A DNA stretch of 34,161 bases from Sulfurimonadaceae bacterium (GTDB lineage: Bacteria; Campylobacterota; Campylobacteria; Campylobacterales; Sulfurimonadaceae). Location: positions 1 through 34,161 of the forward strand of contig JBFFUI010000023.1 of assembly GCA_041571435.1 (NCBI GenBank), given 5' to 3'. Positions within the stretch are counted from its first letter, which is position 1. Every line of letters starts with the position of its first letter. Of the stretch, positions 29,547 to 34,161 are shown in pieces. The notes under the pieces were generated by a model. That model searched no databases and was not told the DNA's origin. It saw only the letters and a program-made list of their open reading frames with translations. The translations under genes and the position numbers were made by a program.

Positions 29547-29711
29547 GTGTTTAAATATGCTTTTATCGCCCTCTTTTTGACCATCCCTCTTCTGAGCAGC
29601 ACCCCGCTTTTCGGTGTGCCGCTCTGGGTCTACGGTTCGCTTGGGGCGACGGTGGCTCTGGCCCTTCTCATCATCGTGACCATTGAAAAAGAGTGGGATA
29701 CGTTGAAGTGA
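29547..29711 (+). CDS. Small two-TM protein, probable partner subunit of the SSS transporter
   Basis: PLFGVPLWV motif typical of small genes upstream of SSS transporters. GTG 29547 preferred because ATG 29517 overlaps TGCTATAAT (29510-29518). Confidence 0.65.
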   Translation: MFKYAFIALFLTIPLLSSTPLFGVPLWVYGSLGATVALALLIIVTIEKEWDTLK

Positions 29712-31162
29712 GCAGCAGTTTTTTAAACACGGGCGGCATGCTCTTTATCGGGCTCTACCTCCTTTCGCTCATATTCGTCGGCGTGGCGGGCAAGATCGCC
29801 TCCAAAGAGTCAAGCATGAAGGACTTCTACCTCGGCGGCAGCGGCTTCGGGGTGGGGATCCTTTTTCTGACGATGTACGCGACGCAGTACAGCGGCAACT
29901 CCCTCATCGGTTTTGCCGGCAGCGCCTACCGGCAGGGGTGGTTTTTCCTCGTGGCCGTCACCTTTATGATCGCCATCGTCGGGGGCTACCTGCTCTATGC
30001 GCCCAAGCTCTACCCGCTGGCCAAACGCGAGGGGTTCATCACCGTCGGCGACTACATCCATTTTCGCTACAACTCCAACACGCTGACCTACCTGATCGTC
30101 GGCATCGGCATCTTCGCCCTCTCCAACTACATGCTCACCAACCTCAAGGCGATCGGCTACATCATCAGCGTGGTCACGGACGGCAGCGTCGGCTTTGCAG
30201 AGGGGATCATCGCCATGGCCATCATCATGGTGATCTACGAGACGCTGGGCGGGATGCGCTCGGTGGCGTGGACCGATGCCATCCAGGGGGTACTGCTCTT
30301 TGTCGGGGTCATCATCATCTTTGCAGTCATCTGGGTCGAGTACGGTTCGCTAATCGACAACGAGGCGCTGCTCATGCAGGCCGGCAGCGATCTCTTTCGC
30401 GCCATCACTTTTGACGAGCAGGTGCGCTGGTTCTCTGTTCTGGTGCTGATCTTTTTCGGGATCTCGCTCTACCCGCAGGCGATCCAGCGCATCTTCAGCG
30501 CCAAAAATGAAGCGACGCTCAAACGCTCGTTTCAGCTGATGGTCGTGATGCCCTTTTTGACTACCCTGCCGCTGCTGGTCATCGCCATTATCGGTTCGGC
30601 CCACTTCAGCGGCCTCGACAAGACGGGCAGCGAGCAGATCATTTTGCTGATGCTCTCCAAGTTGAGCGACATCGATGGGATGCGCTATGTGCTGACCCTC
30701 TTCATCGCCGCGGCCATCGCGGCCATCATGAGCACGGTGGACTCGGCCATGCTTGCCATCGCCTCGCTCTTTACCCAGGACATCTATCACCGCCGACGAA
30801 AAGAGGCGAGCGAAAAGGAGCTGACCTATGTCGGCAAGCTCTTCTCGTGGGCGATGATGGCCCTGATGGTCTATCTGGCCATCTACCTCCCTTCGACGAT
30901 CTGGTGGCTTATCCAGATCAAGCTGGAGATCCTCGCGCAGACGGCTCCTGCCGTGATGCTGGGGCTGCATGTCAAAACACTGCGCACCACTGATGTGCTG
31001 GCGGGGCTGCTGGCCGGTGTCGGCATCACGCTGCTCTTTCTGCTGACCCCGCTGCCCTCAAAGCCCTTCGGCTTCCATGCCGGCGTGCTCGCGCTTGCGG
31101 TCAACTTCGCCGTGGTGTGGGGTCTGCATCTCTACCGTGGCAGAGCGGTGAAGGTGTTATAA
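29708..31162 (+). CDS. Sodium:solute symporter family protein
   Basis: DFYLGG, ATQYSGNSLIG, GGMRSVAWTDAIQG, AAIMSTVDS; many TM helices. GTG 29708 overlaps the upstream stop (track start 29693). Confidence 0.92.
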   Translation: MSSSFLNTGGMLFIGLYLLSLIFVGVAGKIASKESSMKDFYLGGSGFGVGILFLTMYATQYSGNSLIGFAGSAYRQGWFFLVAVTFMIAIVGGYLLYAPKLYPLAKREGFITVGDYIHFRYNSNTLTYLIVGIGIFALSNYMLTNLKAIGYIISVVTDGSVGFAEGIIAMAIIMVIYETLGGMRSVAWTDAIQGVLLFVGVIIIFAVIWVEYGSLIDNEALLMQAGSDLFRAITFDEQVRWFSVLVLIFFGISLYPQAIQRIFSAKNEATLKRSFQLMVVMPFLTTLPLLVIAIIGSAHFSGLDKTGSEQIILLMLSKLSDIDGMRYVLTLFIAAAIAAIMSTVDSAMLAIASLFTQDIYHRRRKEASEKELTYVGKLFSWAMMALMVYLAIYLPSTIWWLIQIKLEILAQTAPAVMLGLHVKTLRTTDVLAGLLAGVGITLLFLLTPLPSKPFGFHAGVLALAVNFAVVWGLHLYRGRAVKVL

Positions 31163-31184
31163 TGAACACTGCGAAAGGATTGCC

Positions 31185-31601
31185 ATGCTGAAGATCTCAA
31201 ACAGTGTCACGCTCGACGAAAGCGACGTGGAGTTCAGCGCGGTGCGCGCACAGGGCTCCGGCGGGCAGAAGGTCAACAAGACCTCGGTCGCGATGCACCT
31301 GCGTTTCGACATCGAAGCCTCCTCCCTGCCGGATCTCTACAAAGAGCGGCTCTTGGCGCTCAAGGAGAAGCGCATCACCAAAGAGGGTGTCATCGTCATC
31401 AAGTCCCAGCAGCACCGTTCGCAGGAGCTCAACCGCGAGGAGGCGCTTGAGCGGCTCGTCGAGCTCATCAAAAGCGTCAACAAGGTAGAGAAAAAACGGG
31501 TCGCGACCAAACCGACCAAGGGGTCGCAGAAGCGGCGGCTCAACTCCAAGAAGAAACATGCCCAGACGAAGAACCTGCGCAAAAAGGTGGAGGCGGAGTA
31601 G
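31185..31601 (+). CDS. arfB: Alternative ribosome rescue peptidyl-tRNA hydrolase ArfB (YaeJ)
   Basis: GSGGQKVNK, RSQELNREEA, basic tail KKRVATKPTKGS..RRL; own TGTTATAAT at 31155-31163. Confidence 0.95.
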   Translation: MLKISNSVTLDESDVEFSAVRAQGSGGQKVNKTSVAMHLRFDIEASSLPDLYKERLLALKEKRITKEGVIVIKSQQHRSQELNREEALERLVELIKSVNKVEKKRVATKPTKGSQKRRLNSKKKHAQTKNLRKKVEAE

Positions 31602-31733
31602 CCGTTCGAAGCGCTTCGCTCCTTGTTTAGAGAGACCCTAACCGGCACGTCTCAAAACTACAATTTTTTTGTATATATACTTTAAAGTAGTTGGGTGTAT
31701 CATAATTGTATCTTGCAATAACAGGAGATTATT

Positions 31734-32213
31734 ATGAAGTATGACGGACATATTATTGTGGTCGGTGACCTCGGACAGCTCAAAGCGTATCGTGTGTCAA
31801 ATATTACCGGTGTCGACAGACACGAGACCATGCAGGTCAGCCACGCACAGAAACGGGGAACAGAGAAGGAGTCGACGAATCTGGAGCTGATCTTCGACAC
31901 CGACTATATGGAAGCCCACAGCCGCATCTCGGAGCAGATGAGCGACAAGACCGGCAACCAGAAAAATGCCTCGGGCGAACCGCACAATGCAGCACTTCAG
32001 CAGGAGAGCTCTCTCCTGAAACAGATCAGTACGGACATCGCATCCCTCATCCAAAAGGAGTCGCCATCCATGTGGCACCTTGCCTTCCCGAAAGCGACCA
32101 GCAAAAAGCTCAATGAGAAGCTGGATGCGCAGGTCAAGCAGACGCTTAAAAAGTGTGTCGCTGCCGACCTGACGAAGATCGACAAGAACAAACTTCTTTC
32201 CCACTTCGAATAG
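31734..32213 (+). CDS. Host-attachment family protein (aeRF1-fold, no GGQ)
   Basis: IIVVGD at the N-terminus, SDKTG (cf. SDRPG), LAFPK, C-terminal ADLTK; CAGGAG RBS. Confidence 0.7.
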   Translation: MKYDGHIIVVGDLGQLKAYRVSNITGVDRHETMQVSHAQKRGTEKESTNLELIFDTDYMEAHSRISEQMSDKTGNQKNASGEPHNAALQQESSLLKQISTDIASLIQKESPSMWHLAFPKATSKKLNEKLDAQVKQTLKKCVAADLTKIDKNKLLSHFE

Positions 32214-32237
32214 AGAACCGGAAGCCTCCGGCCTCAT

Positions 32238-32720
32238 CTACGAGAGGGTTCCGGCCCTCGCAATAAAGGTGCTGATCTCTGCCGTAAACGCGGCGATCAT
32301 GGCCACGTCCTTTTTCGTAAAACCGCCCCCTTTGTTCAGCAGCTGCAGCGCACCGATGACCTCCTTTTGTGCATCAAATACGGGTACGGTCAGGATGTTC
32401 TGGGTGTAGTAGCCCGTCTGCATGTCGACATCCGCCAGGAAGTTTGCACTGTCATAGGGCTCATTCTCTATAATGGGTTTTTTGACCCTGATCGCCTGAC
32501 CCACGATCCCGATGTCGTAAGGGATGACGATCTTCTCCGTCCCGTCGGCCATGGTCGTCGACAGTTCGTCCGCATCCCGGTTGTAGAGAAAGATGGAGCA
32601 GCGCTCTGCTCCCACCATGTTCTTGGCATGGAGGGAGATGTAGGCCAAGGCATCACGCTGCGATGCGCTCTGCAGTACATCTGCATCAAAAACGGTCTGT
32701 TGTGTGGAGCTGTTTTGCAC
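32238..32720 (-). CDS. Stand-alone GAF domain protein
   Basis: AERCSIFL, GIVGQ, DMQTGYYTQNILTVP, IGALQLLNK..FT..D (NKFDE-type GAF). Confidence 0.9.
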   Translation of the reverse strand: MQNSSTQQTVFDADVLQSASQRDALAYISLHAKNMVGAERCSIFLYNRDADELSTTMADGTEKIVIPYDIGIVGQAIRVKKPIIENEPYDSANFLADVDMQTGYYTQNILTVPVFDAQKEVIGALQLLNKGGGFTKKDVAMIAAFTAEISTFIARAGTLS

Positions 32721-32879
32721 GGTTTACCCTTTCTGTGAAAATTATATAAAAAGATTTGTTAAAGCACGGATTGCCGGCAGGGGAGCGGGGAGGGCGCCCG
32801 GTTTCTGAACGATTGGATGAGAATTGGCTAAAATAGTCGTATTAGAGTTTTAGGGTGACACCATCTTAAAGGAGAAGCC

Positions 32880-33344
32880 ATGCCGATCTTCGTTGTACAA
32901 AAACATGCCGCAGCCACGACGCACTACGATTTCAGACTGGAGATCGGCGGGGTGTTGAAGTCCTGGGCCATCCCCAAAGGCCCTTCCATGGACTCGCAGG
33001 ACAAACGCCTCGCCATCCCGACCGAGGACCATGCACTGGAATACGCCGATTTTGAAGGGAGTATCCCGGAGGGGGAGTACGGTGCCGGCAAGGTGCTCAT
33101 CTGGGACAGAGGGAGCTTCGAGAACCTTTCGCACGACGGCGAAGCACCGGTCTCTCTGGAAGATGCCTACGACAAGGGGCACATCAGCTTTGAACTCCAC
33201 GGTCAGAAGCTGCACGGCAAATTCACCCTGGTCAAGACCCACTACAACCACGACCACAACTGGCTGCTGCTCAAACACCACGACGAGATCACGAAAGAGA
33301 TGCCCTTCTCGGTGCAGTCCGGCAAGCGCATCGAAGAGCTGTAG
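32880..33344 (+). CDS. Stand-alone LigD 3'-phosphoesterase (PE) domain protein
   Basis: FVVQKH, HYDFRLE, SWAIPKGPS, TEDH..EY..FEG.IP.GEYGAG.V.IWDRG; AAGGAG RBS. Confidence 0.92.
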   Translation: MPIFVVQKHAAATTHYDFRLEIGGVLKSWAIPKGPSMDSQDKRLAIPTEDHALEYADFEGSIPEGEYGAGKVLIWDRGSFENLSHDGEAPVSLEDAYDKGHISFELHGQKLHGKFTLVKTHYNHDHNWLLLKHHDEITKEMPFSVQSGKRIEEL

Positions 33345-33427
33345 CCAAAGGTAAACGGCATTGCTATAGTATAGGATTTCAGTTGTCAGAGTAAGTGATA
33401 AGCGTTTTTTTATGGATGCGGTGGAAG

Positions 33428-33458
33428 AAAAAAAAGGATGCCGCTTTATGCAGCATCC
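33428..33458 (-). terminator. Rho-independent terminator on the minus strand
   Basis: Minus strand GGATGCTGC-ATAAA-GCGGCATCC followed by 8 T. One pair is U-G on minus but C-A on plus, which fixes the strand. Confidence 0.85.
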
Positions 33459-33500
33459 CGGAAGCGCTCTGCTTCCTGCGGCGGTTTATGGTCCCAGGCG

Positions 33501-33720
33501 GGTGCCTAAGGGCACCTTGTAAGAGGGCCTTACCCGAAGGGGCATAGGCCGCGTCATTGTCGCAAGCCGTCGAGCGGTGCGACGTTTCAGGATAAGAAAC
33601 GGGTCTGCCAGCCCTCTTGTCTGTGAATGCTGAAGCGCATAGAGCCTCGCAACAGATGGCGCATTGTCGTGCGCCACCTTGCAGTAAACCTGCATCGACC
33701 TGCCTTCAGCTCTTCACAGA
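33501..33720. ncRNA. Structured non-coding element: 5' hairpin plus two pseudo-repeated domains, candidate IS110-type bridge RNA
   Basis: Stems: GGTGCC/GGCACC 33501-33516; AAGAGGGC 33521-28 with GCCCTCTT 33611-18; GTCGCA/TGCGAC 33559-33583; TCTGTGAA 33620-27 with TTCACAGA 33713-20; GCTGAAG 33629-35 with CTTCAGC 33704-10; TGGCGCA/TGCGCCA 33657-33676. No credible ORF. Confidence 0.65.
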
Positions 33721-34096
33721 GACCATCTTACCTGTTCACCCGATCCATCATCGCTCCTTCAAGCAATCCCAACTCTCTATTAGGGGTTGTTTCCATCAGC
33801 GACTCCAGACCCAAAACCGCCAAAAAAGCGTTTTTGTATCATGGGCTTCCTTTTCAGGTACCTCGTCTATAGTAGTACGTACTTAAGAACCAGTATAGAT
33901 CGCTCTTCATAAAAAAAGTATTAAGAAAAACAGTCAGTGTCAAAGTGCCTGTTTTTGAAAAAGGAAAGTGTTGTTTCGGTTTTGGTGCACAAAAGCAGAC
34001 ACTTCGCCTGGGATTTGCCACAGTTTTGATGCCGATAGAAGCTCTTTTAGGCGTTCTATCCCTGTTGATAGGGTAAAATTCCGCAGAAGGAATTCC

Positions 34097-34161
34097 ATGT
34101 TCAATTTTGAAGAAATTTTTAGTCTGATGGATGTCGGGATCACTGTCTATGAACCGCTCGA
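34097..34161 (+). CDS. 5' end of a gene running off the window, possibly a PAS-domain signalling protein
   Basis: Not in the ORF track. AGAAGGA RBS, TAAAAT at 34074-34079, MFNFEEIFSLMDVGITVYEPL resembles a PAS N-terminus. Confidence 0.55.
   Translation, partial: MFNFEEIFSLMDVGITVYEPL

Noticed and set aside
33480-33860. Structured region as RNase P RNA, tmRNA, tRNA or group II intron
   Set aside because: On either strand I found no GAGGAAAGUCC motif, no tRNA-like ends with a T-loop and CCA, and no recognisable domain V.
33486-33886. ORFs 33486-33695 (-), 33617-33886 (+) and 33627-33872 (+)
   Set aside because: No convincing RBS, no protein-like motifs and no IS110 DEDD signature; they overlap nested stems better explained as RNA structure.
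33940-34143. 67-aa minus-strand ORF and a second open minus frame nearby
   Set aside because: No RBS or motif; they overlap the better-supported + strand start at 34097.
1-34161. CRISPR array, rRNA/tRNA genes, intact transposase, integrase or prophage genes
   Set aside because: No regularly spaced repeats or matching motifs found by eye; a short or degenerate element could have been missed.

Overview
Chromosomal window from a sulfur-oxidising bacterium, probably Campylobacterota of the Sulfurimonas/Sulfurovum type. This is inferred from the soxC-soxD-soxY order, type-2 LeuC, DUF493-moaC linkage and TGnTAnAAT promoters. Left part: soxCD and the 5' end of soxY, two hypotheticals, DUF493, moaC, mobA, a FetB-like permease, leuC, a PGPGW-type membrane protein and a TetR-TolC-MFP-RND efflux operon. 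At about 15165 a deletion junction joins a truncated ABC ATPase to the C-terminal half of an MMPL transporter. Next come a ~1000-aa His-rich LVIVD beta-propeller lipoprotein with seven bacterial N-glycosylation sequons, a TIGR03546-TIGR03545 fusion and a CDP-alcohol phosphatidyltransferase. The more GC-rich right part holds a split AmmeMemoRadiSam system, alanine dehydrogenase, RNase Z, DUF434, an SSS transporter, ArfB, a release-factor-like host-attachment protein, a GAF protein and a stand-alone LigD phosphoesterase. The most striking unexplained element is a ~220-nt structured non-coding segment (33501-33720): a 5' hairpin plus two pseudo-duplicated stem/internal-loop domains. It resembles an IS110-type bridge RNA, but no recombinase gene is in the window. 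All family calls come from motif recognition by eye; no searches were run.
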